A stretch of 64,000 bases of DNA. Origin: Acidobacteriota bacterium. GTDB lineage: Bacteria; Acidobacteriota; Thermoanaerobaculia; Multivoradales; UBA5704. Under the pieces are notes generated by a model. It was not told the DNA's origin and did no database searches. It saw only the letters and a list, made by a program, of their open reading frames with translations. Numbering within the stretch: position 1 is the first letter of the stretch; every line of letters begins with the position of its first letter. The DNA is taken from positions 1 to 64,000 of the forward strand of contig JBDTZG010000005.1 of assembly GCA_040005235.1 (NCBI GenBank), in the 5' to 3' direction. A program made the translations under genes and the position numbers. Shown here in pieces: positions 48,628 through 57,851 of this stretch.

Positions 48628-49026
48628 ATGATCACCGAATCGAACACCGCCGCCCCGACCGCCGCGCCGATCCTCAAGTACGAGTACCTCCAGGTGCGGG
48701 CGACGGTGATCAATTTCACCGGCCAGACGATGGAGGTCACCGGTTCCGACCTCTCCTGGGGCAAGTGGATCAACAGCCCGGGGAACGTGCCCGCCAACGA
48801 CGAAAGCTCCTTCGGCTCGCAGGGCCGCGACAGCTCTCCCTCCGGCACCGAAGGCTGGGCGACCTGGAAGATTGGCAGCGCCACGATCAAAGTGACCTTC
48901 TCCTGCCCCCTCCACGGCTCGAACCAGCAGAGCATCTCCTGCACCTCGACGGACTACGTCGTAAACGTCTCGGGCACCGGCGGCGACGTCAACTACCTCA
49001 AGTTCACCGTCAAGCCGAAGAAGTGA
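48628..49026 (+). CDS. Aegerolysin family protein
   Basis: 132 aa, beta-rich; LSWGKW, GRDSSPSGTEG, FSCPLHGSN match aegerolysin WGK/GR..SPSGTEG/CP motifs. Confidence 0.8.
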   Translation: MITESNTAAPTAAPILKYEYLQVRATVINFTGQTMEVTGSDLSWGKWINSPGNVPANDESSFGSQGRDSSPSGTEGWATWKIGSATIKVTFSCPLHGSNQQSISCTSTDYVVNVSGTGGDVNYLKFTVKPKK

Positions 49027-49216
49027 GCCTCAAGCCGGACCCAAGATTTCAGTAAGACGGCGGCGCGGTTAGCCTCTCGAAGAGGCGCCCGCCGCCGCAG
49101 CTCGTCCTGCGGCTTTAACCCGCCCGGGGATGTAACGCCCAGGCCCATGGATCGCCCTAAAGCACAGAACCTCCGGAGCGGCAAGTCACTCGCCGCGTGG
49201 AGCTGGAAGGGGCGGA

Positions 49217-49816
49217 ATGGCGGAAGCAACGAAGCGGACGGACGGCATACTGATTCTGGAGATCCGGGCGAGACGCGGTGCTCGGGTGGTCGCCCTCCGT
49301 GGGCTGCTCACGAAGCTCGTCGTCGGCTCGACGGATGGCGCGTCGCCTCTGTTCGCCCGGCGCATCGCGATCGATAGCCGCGACAAGGCACCGTTCGAGT
49401 TTCGCGTTCCGGTTCCGGCAGGGGAGTACGACACGCTCACCCTGGGGTTCGCTGAGCTGGTGCTCACGACGGTCTATGGAGGGGAGGAAAGGGTGGCGCT
49501 CGCGCGGTGCGAATCCACCTTCGCCGTCGCGCTCAAGATCTCGCCTGAGGCTCCGGCGCGCGCGATTCTCTCCCTCTACATGGACGGACTTCGCCGCGCC
49601 AAGACACCGGGCGATGTACTGGTTCCTGCGGCGCCGCCTGAGATCGATCACGCAAACGACGGGCCGGCGTTTGAGGTGGCGAGGGGCCAGAACGCGACGC
49701 TCTCCTTGGAACGTGCGGCCTTCGAATTCGGGTCGCGGTTGTCGGCCGGCGCAACGCGAGTCCTGCACCGGGCGCCAAACTTAAGCGCTCCGCGGGCGGC
49801 CTTGCGGGTGGCGTAA
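49217..49816 (+). CDS. Hypothetical protein
   Basis: Most protein-like ORF in the interval; no recognisable motif. Confidence 0.4.
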   Translation: MAEATKRTDGILILEIRARRGARVVALRGLLTKLVVGSTDGASPLFARRIAIDSRDKAPFEFRVPVPAGEYDTLTLGFAELVLTTVYGGEERVALARCESTFAVALKISPEAPARAILSLYMDGLRRAKTPGDVLVPAAPPEIDHANDGPAFEVARGQNATLSLERAAFEFGSRLSAGATRVLHRAPNLSAPRAALRVA

Positions 49817-50084
49817 TGACGGTTCGCTCAGTCGCCCAGCCTCTGGCGGAACCGGCGCGGGCCAGGCGCTCCATGACCCTCTGGGCCAGTTCGTCGCCCG
49901 GTTCTTCGATCCCCTTGAATCGGCGGATCAGCCTATCGAGCGCTTCGTCGCGCGACTAGGAGGCGACGATTTCGCGTCCACGGTTCCTCGGCGGTCGCCA
50001 CCAGCCATGAGGCGAGGCCTCCGGGACGCGCGTCGCCCCCCCGCTCGATCAGCCGCCATGACGTCCCACGACTCCTGGCAGGGA

Positions 50085-50648
50085 CTACGGGCAGCTCGTC
50101 GGCTGCAGCTCCCAGCGGTGGTAGTCGGTCGGATATTTGCAGATCGAGATCAGCTCCGAGCCGCCTGTGCCGCATTTCGCAAGCGAGTTGCAGAGGTCGG
50201 AAGAGCCCGCGCAATACTGGGCGTCGTAGCCGTAGGTGCCGTCTTTTTCCCACCAGGACCAGTCGGTCCAGGATCCTCCCGTGCGCTTGAAGCTACGGCA
50301 ATAGATCAGGTCCGTGCCGTCCATGTACTTCTGGCTGCACGGCGTGTTCGGGCCGCAGCAATCCTTGGCGCAGCTGGAGTCGCTCTCGACGCTGCCGCCC
50401 CAACAGTAGCCGTCGCCGCATTGAGTGCAGTACACCGTGTTGTAGGAGTAGTTATAGGGGCTCGGGCAGCCCGATTCCATAGTGCGCGAGGTCTCGGTAT
50501 ATCCCGAGGGGCAGGAGGGAGGCCCGCACTCGTGAACCCGGATGTTGTTCGGAGTCGGATATTGCGCCGCGGCGCTCGCGGCGACGAGGAGAAGGGCTGG
50601 AAGAAAGGCGCGGAAAAGGCTTGCCATCGCTGGGGTCGGAACTCTCAT
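50085..50648 (-). CDS. Secreted cysteine-rich protein (16 Cys)
   Basis: Signal peptide AAA-Q; CGDGYC...C..DC motif; RBS AAAGGA. Confidence 0.75.
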   Translation of the reverse strand: MRVPTPAMASLFRAFLPALLLVAASAAAQYPTPNNIRVHECGPPSCPSGYTETSRTMESGCPSPYNYSYNTVYCTQCGDGYCWGGSVESDSSCAKDCCGPNTPCSQKYMDGTDLIYCRSFKRTGGSWTDWSWWEKDGTYGYDAQYCAGSSDLCNSLAKCGTGGSELISICKYPTDYHRWELQPTSCP

Positions 50649-50819
50649 GACGCTTCCTTTCATGGGTTCGAGCGGTCGAGACGTTCTCGCCGCCCTCTGT
50701 AAGTTAACGGTGCGTTGGCGCCCGTTGCCGTGACAGCTTGCCGTCCAGCCGGGAATGGCGAATGATCTCGGGGCGTTCGGCACCACCTCGGGCCGCGCGG
50801 CGATCGACGGGAGAAACGG

Positions 50820-51575
50820 ATGCGTATTTCCATTCCGGTTCGGCGTCTGGCCCTCACCGGTCTCGGCGCCTTCGTAGCGCTCGGTCTCTCGATCCTCGGC
50901 GTCCTCGCCCATCCGGAGCCGCTCTACGCCTACCACGCCGAGTCGGGTCGCCTTCGGCTCTATTCGGATCGGCCGTTCGACGTCGGGAAGGGTCGAGCGA
51001 TCCTCGCGGACGTCGAGCGCCGGCTGGATACCACGCCGCCGTCGATCCGCGATTCGGAATCGGTCTATCGGATTTTCGTCACGAACGCCGAATGGCGCAG
51101 ACGGCTGACGTTCCTCTGGAACTACGGCGTCGGCGGCGTCAACTATTACCCGATCGCCGGCAGCGTCTTTCTTCGCCAGGGAGAAATCGACGAAGACCGC
51201 CTGCGCAAGACGAACGGTACCCTCGTCGAGCCGCCGCGCACCCTCGCTTACTTCGCGGCGCACGAGATCGGCCACAGCCTGATCGGCCGACGAACCGGCG
51301 CGCTCGCCAACTGGCGCCTCCCAGCGTGGGTCCGCGAAGGCCTGGCCGATTACGTCGCCTTCGGCGGCTCGGTAGACATTCCGAGTCTCACTAAAAGGCT
51401 GCGCGCCGGAGATCCCGACCTCGACCCCAAGCGCTCCGGCCTCTACGCGCGCTATACCGTCCTCGTCGCCTACTTCTTGGAGCGCGAGCATTGGTCGGTC
51501 GATCAGCTGCTCGCGACGAAACTCTCCCGCGCGGACGCGGAGAGGCGGTTGTTGGCGGGGGTCGCCGTTGAGTGA
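50820..51575 (+). CDS. Zincin-like (HExxH) exported protein
   Basis: N-terminal TM, AHEIGH, PAWVREGLADY. Confidence 0.8.
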   Translation: MRISIPVRRLALTGLGAFVALGLSILGVLAHPEPLYAYHAESGRLRLYSDRPFDVGKGRAILADVERRLDTTPPSIRDSESVYRIFVTNAEWRRRLTFLWNYGVGGVNYYPIAGSVFLRQGEIDEDRLRKTNGTLVEPPRTLAYFAAHEIGHSLIGRRTGALANWRLPAWVREGLADYVAFGGSVDIPSLTKRLRAGDPDLDPKRSGLYARYTVLVAYFLEREHWSVDQLLATKLSRADAERRLLAGVAVE

Positions 51576-51665
51576 GGGCGGCAGATTCGGCGGGTACGCC
51601 GATGAGATTTTCAGCGATACTGTTGCCGAGGATCGCCCGGCCCTTCAGGTGAATGACGAGCACCC

Positions 51666-52100
51666 ATGAGCCTTCATCTCCGCATCGCTCGCCCCGTTCG
51701 GGATTTACCGAAAACCGTGGCGATGTACCGCGAAGGGCTCGGCCTGGTTGACCTCGGTGGATTCGAAGACCACGAAGGCTTCGATGGTCGGATGCTCGGC
51801 TACCCGGACCTCGGCTGGCACCTTGAATTCACCCACTACAACACGCATTCGGTTGAGCCGACTCCAACACTGGAGGACCTTCTCGTCCTCTACATCCCAG
51901 ACTCTGCTGAATGGCAGGCCGCCTGCGAGCGGATGGCACGGGCCGGATTTCGGGCGGCTCTGTCTTTCAATCCCTATTGGGAAGTTCGAGGGCGTACGTT
52001 TGAAGATCGCGATGGATATCGGGTGGTGTTGGAGAACGAAGGGTGGATGGCGCGAAGGAAGCCATCTCTGAGTGGCGAGTCCAATGGGGCCAATCCATGA
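51666..52100 (+). CDS. VOC family protein (YycE-like)
   Basis: HLRIARP, FEDHEGFDG, WHLEFT, NPYW, TFEDRDGYRVVL. Confidence 0.85.
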   Translation: MSLHLRIARPVRDLPKTVAMYREGLGLVDLGGFEDHEGFDGRMLGYPDLGWHLEFTHYNTHSVEPTPTLEDLLVLYIPDSAEWQAACERMARAGFRAALSFNPYWEVRGRTFEDRDGYRVVLENEGWMARRKPSLSGESNGANP

Positions 52101-53041
52101 CGCCCCGAAAACTTTGGATCGGCGTCACTGACGACTCCTGGTTCGAGTTCCTGAGTTCACGTCGTGACCTCGACGAGTTGAACTTTTGGCTGCCCATGGG
52201 GTCTCGCCCATTTAAGGTCTTGCAGCGCGGTGAACCATTTCTCTTCAAACTTCATTCGCCGAATAACTATATTGTCGGCGGCGGTTACTTCGAGAAAGCG
52301 ACGCACCTACCGGTGGATCTGGCTTGGGAGGTCTTTGGTCAAAAGAACGGTGCTCGCTCGCGGGAGGAAATGCGTGCGCGAATCGAGAAATATCGGAAGA
52401 GTCGCGGTGTCGGTACAGGGCCTCATGAATCGTACGAAATCGGCTGCTTGATCCTGCTGGCTCCATTCTTCTTCGAGCGCCGGGATTGGATTCCCGTGCC
52501 TCCGAGTTGGTCACCGAACCTAGTGACGGGCAAGAGCTTCTCTACCGATGAACCTGAAGGGAAGAGTCTTTGGGAGGCGATCCAGCAGCGCCTGGTGGGC
52601 AGCGAAATCCGGGAAGGGGTTACGGTTTATGAAGACTCCGATATGTACGGAGAACCCACCCTCGTCTATCCTCGTCTTGGTCAAGGTACCTTCCGGGTCC
52701 TCATCACCGACGCCTACAGCCGGCGCTGCGCGGCAACGGGAGAGAAGGCACTTCCCGTGCTTGAAGCAGCGCACATCAAGCCGGTTTCGAGGGGCGGCAT
52801 TCACCGGATCGACAACGGAATCCTTCTTCGTTCCGATCTCCACCGACTCTTCGATCTTGGCTACTTGGGTGTGGCTCCGGATCTCACCCTTCACGTGAGC
52901 AGTCGCCTTCGGTCAGAATTTGGCAACGGAGAGATCTACTATCCCCTCGAAGGGAAACCGCTTTCGGTTCCGACCCAGAGCGAACTGCGGCCGAATCCCG
53001 AGTTGCTCGCGTGGCACACGGAGACGGTCTTTCGGGCTTAA
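52097..53041 (+). CDS. Putative restriction HNH endonuclease
   Basis: RLGQGTFR..ITDAY..RCAATG, LEAAHIKP, NGILLRSDLHRLFD; N-terminal GVTD..WF/NFW/FLFK domain. Confidence 0.9.
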   Translation: MTPRKLWIGVTDDSWFEFLSSRRDLDELNFWLPMGSRPFKVLQRGEPFLFKLHSPNNYIVGGGYFEKATHLPVDLAWEVFGQKNGARSREEMRARIEKYRKSRGVGTGPHESYEIGCLILLAPFFFERRDWIPVPPSWSPNLVTGKSFSTDEPEGKSLWEAIQQRLVGSEIREGVTVYEDSDMYGEPTLVYPRLGQGTFRVLITDAYSRRCAATGEKALPVLEAAHIKPVSRGGIHRIDNGILLRSDLHRLFDLGYLGVAPDLTLHVSSRLRSEFGNGEIYYPLEGKPLSVPTQSELRPNPELLAWHTETVFRA

Positions 53042-53064
53042 ACCAAGGATTCTTCGGAAATCGT

Positions 53065-53595
53065 ATGCGTAAGCCGTCCAACCTCCGTCTTTACCTCCTC
53101 TGCGGCCCCTCGCTGGCCGGCAAGAGCACCGTCGCCCGCGAGATCGTGGACGAGTTGGGAGTAACCGTCGCGTCGGCCGATGCAATCAACGCTGCGCGGG
53201 GTTTTCCGTTCGGCTTGGAAGGCATGCCCGAATCCGCGTGGTCCGAGATTTTGGGATCGCAGATCAAGGAGACTTCAGCGCTCATGAGGCGCGGAGTCTC
53301 GGTCGCGGTGGACGACACGGCCTGCTACCGTTGGCTGCGCGATCGATTTCGAGAGCATGCCGCGGACCATGGCTATGACTGCCGGCTGGTCTACGTGGCG
53401 ACTCCGCGGGAGGAGATTCTCGCCCGGCACCACCGGCTCTCGAAGTCGAAGGAGCGCCCGGTTCTCTCGCGCGAACGGCTGATCGATCATCTCGACCGCT
53501 TCGAGCCGCCGCAGGCGGATGAACCGCATGTGTCGATCCGCTCGGCGGAGGATCTACGGGCGTTTTTGAACGAGGAGAAGTCCTCGCGATTTTGA
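53065..53595 (+). CDS. P-loop kinase (AAA_33-like)
   Basis: LCGPSLAGKST, SADAI, VAVDDT, FEPP. Confidence 0.85.
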   Translation: MRKPSNLRLYLLCGPSLAGKSTVAREIVDELGVTVASADAINAARGFPFGLEGMPESAWSEILGSQIKETSALMRRGVSVAVDDTACYRWLRDRFREHAADHGYDCRLVYVATPREEILARHHRLSKSKERPVLSRERLIDHLDRFEPPQADEPHVSIRSAEDLRAFLNEEKSSRF

Positions 53596-53725
53596 TGTCG
53601 CTGGCGATTCCGCTGGATAGTGCTCGAATTAGAGGCGCCGCCACTCCTTGTGTGAGTAGAGCTCGGGATAGAATCTCGCGACACCGCAGCCGCAGGTGGG
53701 CGGCGGAAATGGCCCCTTCCTTCTG

Positions 53726-53918
53726 GATAGCGGCTATCCGGCTCCGATAGCGGCTATCGACGGCCGATAGCCGCTATCCAGTCCAGATAGCGGCTATCCA
53801 GCGCGGATAGCGGCTATTCAGCTCCGATAGCGGCTATCGACGGCCGATAGCGGCTATCCAGCGCGGATAGCGGCTATCCAGCTCCGATAGCGGCTATCGA
53901 CGGCCGATAGCGGCTATC
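53726..53918. repeat. Tandem array: 10 x palindrome GATAGC-G-GCTATC with 7-nt linkers (20-bp period)
   Basis: Cores start at 53726, 746, 766 ... 53906; only two cores carry a single substitution. Confidence 0.95.
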
Positions 53919-53957
53919 CGAGCGCGACGGACACATTTCAACCTGCGAGGTCCACGT

Positions 53958-54944
53958 ATGCGTGCAGCCTACTACGAGCGAGCCGGCGCGGCCCGCGAAG
54001 TTCTTACGATCGGTGATCTTCCGGCGCCGGAGGCCGGTCCGGGGGAAGTCCGGGTCAGAGTGGCCTGGTCGGCGGTCAATCCTTCGGATGTCAAATCGCG
54101 GGCGGCGATCCGTTCGAAGACGTTGCCATTTCCGCGCATTGTGCCGCATAGCGATGGGGCGGGCGTGATCGATCAGGTGGGAGCGGGGGTCGATCCCGCT
54201 CGGCTGGGCGAACGCGTCTGGACGTGGAACGCCGCTTGGATGCGCCCGTTCGGCACCGCGGCGGAGTTTGTCGTGCTGCCCGCGGCCCAGGCGGTTCCGC
54301 TTGCCGAGGGGATCGATCTCGCGGTGGGCGCCTGTCTCGGCATTCCCGCGCTCACCGCCTTGCACGCGGTTTTGGTGGACGGGGGTGTTGAGGGCAAATC
54401 CGTGCTGGTGTCCGGCGGCGCGGGAGCGGTGGGGCACTATGCGATCCAGTTCGCGAGAATTCACGGCGCGCGGCAGATCCTCGCCACGGTGAGCAGCGAG
54501 GAGAAGGCGGCGCTCGCCCGCGCGGCGGGGGCCGATCTCGCGGTGAATTACAAGACGGAGGATTGGGTCGCGAAGTGCATGGAGGCGACCGGCGGCGCCG
54601 GGCTCGACCGGATCATCGAGGTGGATGCCGCGGCGAACGTAAAGAGCGATCTCGCGGCTCTGCGCCCGGAAGGGCGGATTGTCGTCTACGGCAGCGGCGC
54701 TCCGGAGATTCCGGTTCCGTTCGGACCCGCGATCCTCAAGAACATCCGCTTCTCGTTCTTCATCGTCTACAACCTGTCGGCCGAAGATCGAGCGCGCGCG
54801 ATCCGGGAACTCAGCGACCTTCTCGCCGCGAACCGCCTGGAGCACAACATCGCAGTGCGTTTGCCGCTCGAGCGGATCGCCGAGGCGCACGAGCTGGTGG
54901 AGCAGGGGGCGGCGGTTGGGAAGGTCCTGCTGGCAATCGGCTGA
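53958..54944 (+). CDS. NADPH:quinone reductase (zeta-crystallin-like MDR)
   Basis: VNPSDVKSR, PHSDGAG, GTAAE, GGAGAVG, GKVL. Confidence 0.92.
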   Translation: MRAAYYERAGAAREVLTIGDLPAPEAGPGEVRVRVAWSAVNPSDVKSRAAIRSKTLPFPRIVPHSDGAGVIDQVGAGVDPARLGERVWTWNAAWMRPFGTAAEFVVLPAAQAVPLAEGIDLAVGACLGIPALTALHAVLVDGGVEGKSVLVSGGAGAVGHYAIQFARIHGARQILATVSSEEKAALARAAGADLAVNYKTEDWVAKCMEATGGAGLDRIIEVDAAANVKSDLAALRPEGRIVVYGSGAPEIPVPFGPAILKNIRFSFFIVYNLSAEDRARAIRELSDLLAANRLEHNIAVRLPLERIAEAHELVEQGAAVGKVLLAIG

Positions 54945-55032
54945 GTGTCGGCGAACTTAAGGGCCGGCAGAGAGAAAACCCTGCCGGCCCGGTGTCACCC
55001 CTGCCTCGAGGCCCTTCGTAACTCGTCGTGCC

Positions 55033-56208
55033 TTACGGCGTACCGCGCTGGTAAAGAAGGTCGGAATTGCCGGCGATCAACACGTCGCCGAAACCGTCGC
55101 CGTTCCAGTCGCCGAAGGCGAGGTCGTAGACCCCGGCGGCCGGCAGCACGGTATCGTCATAGGGCAGGAAGCTCCCCGCGCCGTTGCCGAAAGCCACGCT
55201 GTAGCGGTTACCGATGCCGTGCGGTGCCACGATGTCGGTGTCGCCGTTTTCGTCGAAGTCGAAGGCGCGGATGCGGAACGTAAAGGCCCAGGTAAAGCCG
55301 TAGGGGCGCGGGGTGAAGGTGCAGTTGCCGTTGCTCGTGGCCGGAACGAGACGCGACCAGCTGGTGGCCACCGTGGCGTCCGCGAGCCCATCCCCGTTTA
55401 GATCTCCTGCAGCGATCGCCTGCGGTTCGAGGGGGCCGAACACCGGATCGAACATCGGCAGCGTCGTGACGATCTGTGGACCGAGTCCGCCCGCTCCATT
55501 GTTGCGGCGTGCGATCAGAAATGCCGGCGTCCCTTGGCCGTTGTAGTAGATAAGATCTTGGCGCCCCGAAGCGTCGCAATCGCCGAGCGCGATGTCGTCC
55601 GTGTCGCCCACGGGGTAATTGACGCCGGCTGCGAAGCCCCCCGCCACCGCGAGGCGCACGGTGGCCGTGTCGCTCGCGAGATTGAGCGTCACGAAATCGG
55701 CTCGCGCGTCGGCGTTCAGCCGGGCGGCGAGCACCCGCACCGGCTGACCTCCGACGGCGAACGCCGTGCCGGGCGTGAAGTTGATGCCCCCTTGGTTCCA
55801 GCGAACGATCACCTGGTTGCCGATGCTGTCGGCGAGTGCCAAGTCGAGATCGCCGTCGCCGTCGAAATCGCCCGCCGCGATGTCCCGGAAGCCGACGCCC
55901 GGCTGGGACCAGAAGCTCCAGGCGCCGAAGCCGACGCCCGTGCCCAGACGGACGAAGCTCCGGTTCGCGGTCGCGGCAGCGACGTCCAGGATGCCGTCGC
56001 CATTCAAATCCGCCGAGATCACGGCGACCAGGGGAGCGCCCGGAGCCCAGATCGAAACCGGCGGGGCGACACAGATTTCGCCCGCGTCGACCACGCCGTT
56101 GTTGCACGCGGCGTTGGCGGGGTTGGAGAAAGCGATGGAGGCGAAGGCGGCAAGACCTGCGATCGTGCGGATCGAGGCCCGGCTGAAGCAGGAAGGCTGG
56201 GTGTTCAT
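55033..56208 (-). CDS. Secreted FG-GAP/VCBS repeat protein
   Basis: Repeats ADLNGDGILD, GDFDGDGDLD, GDLNGDGLAD, FDFDENGDTD, GDWNGDGFGD; N-terminal CNNGVVDAGEIC. Confidence 0.88.
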   Translation of the reverse strand: MNTQPSCFSRASIRTIAGLAAFASIAFSNPANAACNNGVVDAGEICVAPPVSIWAPGAPLVAVISADLNGDGILDVAAATANRSFVRLGTGVGFGAWSFWSQPGVGFRDIAAGDFDGDGDLDLALADSIGNQVIVRWNQGGINFTPGTAFAVGGQPVRVLAARLNADARADFVTLNLASDTATVRLAVAGGFAAGVNYPVGDTDDIALGDCDASGRQDLIYYNGQGTPAFLIARRNNGAGGLGPQIVTTLPMFDPVFGPLEPQAIAAGDLNGDGLADATVATSWSRLVPATSNGNCTFTPRPYGFTWAFTFRIRAFDFDENGDTDIVAPHGIGNRYSVAFGNGAGSFLPYDDTVLPAAGVYDLAFGDWNGDGFGDVLIAGNSDLLYQRGTP

Positions 56209-56379
56209 GGGGGTCTCTCCTGTTTTTCAAAGGTTGAAGGCCTCGTCCCGGGGGTTCCGGAAACGGCGCCGTGCCTTTTGAACGGAGAGCGGGGGGTGAT
56301 TCCCTCACCCGAAGTGGAAAAAGGGTCGGAGCAGGACGCGAGGTATGCTGGGCGCCTCACAAGCCCGAGGCCCACACCC

Positions 56380-56988
56380 ATGGAACCGCACTCCCCCGAA
56401 GCCACCGCGGTCTACGCCACCGACCGGCCGGATCCCAAGCTGTTCCCCTACTACGTTCTGCTCTCCTTTCTCGCCGGACCGGGCATGCCGTTCCTGCTCG
56501 GGTACCTCTATTTCCGCTACCACACGATGAGGTACCGCTTCGACGAGCAGGGCGTTTCGATGAGCTGGGGGATTTTGTTCCGGCGCGAGATCAACCTGAC
56601 CTACGCGCGGATTCAGGACATCCACCTGACCAGCAACCTGGTCGAGCGCTGGCTCGGCCTGGCGCGCATTCAGGTGCAGACCGCGAGCGGCAGCTCGGGC
56701 GCCGAGATGACCATCGAGGGCATCCTCGAATTCGAACGGCTGCGCGATTTTCTCTACTCCAAGATGCGGGGCACCAAAGGCTCGACGGGCGGAAGCGCTC
56801 CCGTCGCTTCGGCAGCATCGACCCCATCGACCGCACCGAACATCCTGCCCGGCGCGCCGCCGGCCGACGACCTCGCGGCGATCCTGCGCGAGGTGGCGGC
56901 CGAGGTACGGGCGCTACGCACCGCGATCGAAGCGGAGGGCGTACACCGCGGTGATCCCAACGAGCCCTCCGGAGGCGCCGATGCCTGA
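56380..56988 (+). CDS. bPH_2 (YdbS-like) membrane protein
   Basis: RYRFD..GV...GILFR, YARIQD, ERWLGLARIQVQTASG. Confidence 0.85.
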   Translation: MEPHSPEATAVYATDRPDPKLFPYYVLLSFLAGPGMPFLLGYLYFRYHTMRYRFDEQGVSMSWGILFRREINLTYARIQDIHLTSNLVERWLGLARIQVQTASGSSGAEMTIEGILEFERLRDFLYSKMRGTKGSTGGSAPVASAASTPSTAPNILPGAPPADDLAAILREVAAEVRALRTAIEAEGVHRGDPNEPSGGADA

Positions 56989-57745
56989 TCTCGATCGCCG
57001 GTCGCGCGCCATGGCCTTCGTCGAGCGGGTGCTGCGCATTCCACCGCCGCCCGGCCCCCCGGCCGGCACCCACGATTCGATCCGCATCTTCCGTGGCGCT
57101 CCGGGCCTCTATCGCTATCAACTCCTGGTCTGGCTGGGGAAACAAATCGGAGCCGGAGTCGGCCTGTTCGGCGGCTTCGCGGTGCTTTCGATCATCCCCG
57201 ACTTTCCGTACAAGAAGGTGCTCGACGTCGTCGAAGCGATCGGTCTCGGGATCTACCTCTCGGCCCTGCCGTTCACCTTCCTGATGGTCCACCTCGACTA
57301 CAAGCTCCGCTGGTACATCGTGACCGACAGAAGCCTGCGGATTCGCGAAGGCCTCCTCAAGGTCGCCGAACGAACCATGAGCTTCGCCAACATCCAGAAC
57401 CTAGCGGTCCAACAAGGCCCCCTCCAGCGCCTGCTCGGAATCGCCGATCTCGAAGTCCACTCCGCCGGAGGAGGCGGATCTCGAAGGCCGGGGCACGACA
57501 AGAAGCAAGAAGACCTGCACGTCGGTAAGTTCCGCGGCGTCGACAACGCCGAAGAGATCCGCGACGCGATCCTCGCGCGGGTGCGGCAGCTTCGGGATTC
57601 CGGGCTGGGCGATCCGGATGCCGTGCACCCCGAGGTGCACGAGGCGGCACCGCTGGGGCCGATCGTGTCGTCAGCCGATGCGGTCGTGGCGGCTCGGGAG
57701 TTGCTGGGGGAGGTAAAGGTGCTGCGAGGGGCGCTGTTCGGTTGA
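56981..57745 (+). CDS. bPH_2 (YdbS/YdbT-like) membrane protein
   Basis: WYIVTDRSLRIREG, NIQN..VQQGPLQRLLGIADLEVHSAG; overlaps upstream gene. Confidence 0.85.
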   Translation: MPDLDRRSRAMAFVERVLRIPPPPGPPAGTHDSIRIFRGAPGLYRYQLLVWLGKQIGAGVGLFGGFAVLSIIPDFPYKKVLDVVEAIGLGIYLSALPFTFLMVHLDYKLRWYIVTDRSLRIREGLLKVAERTMSFANIQNLAVQQGPLQRLLGIADLEVHSAGGGGSRRPGHDKKQEDLHVGKFRGVDNAEEIRDAILARVRQLRDSGLGDPDAVHPEVHEAAPLGPIVSSADAVVAARELLGEVKVLRGALFG

Positions 57746-57762
57746 TGACGTTACAAAGAGGC

Positions 57763-57830
57763 GTTGGGGCGGAGCTTGCCTCCGCCCAGTGCTATCGAAG
57801 ATCTCGGGCGGAGGCAAGCTCCGCCCCTAC
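57763..57830. repeat. GTAG-family REP inverted doublet
   Basis: GTTGGGGCGGAGCTTGCCTCCGCCC - 18 nt - GGGCGGAGGCAAGCTCCGCCCCTAC; each arm self-palindromic. Confidence 0.8.
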
Positions 57831-57851
57831 CAGGGCTTGAGGTCCGCTCGC

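Noticed and set aside
53726-53918. Array as CRISPR
   Set aside because: Repeat is 13 nt, spacers are 7 nt and recur, and there are no cas genes
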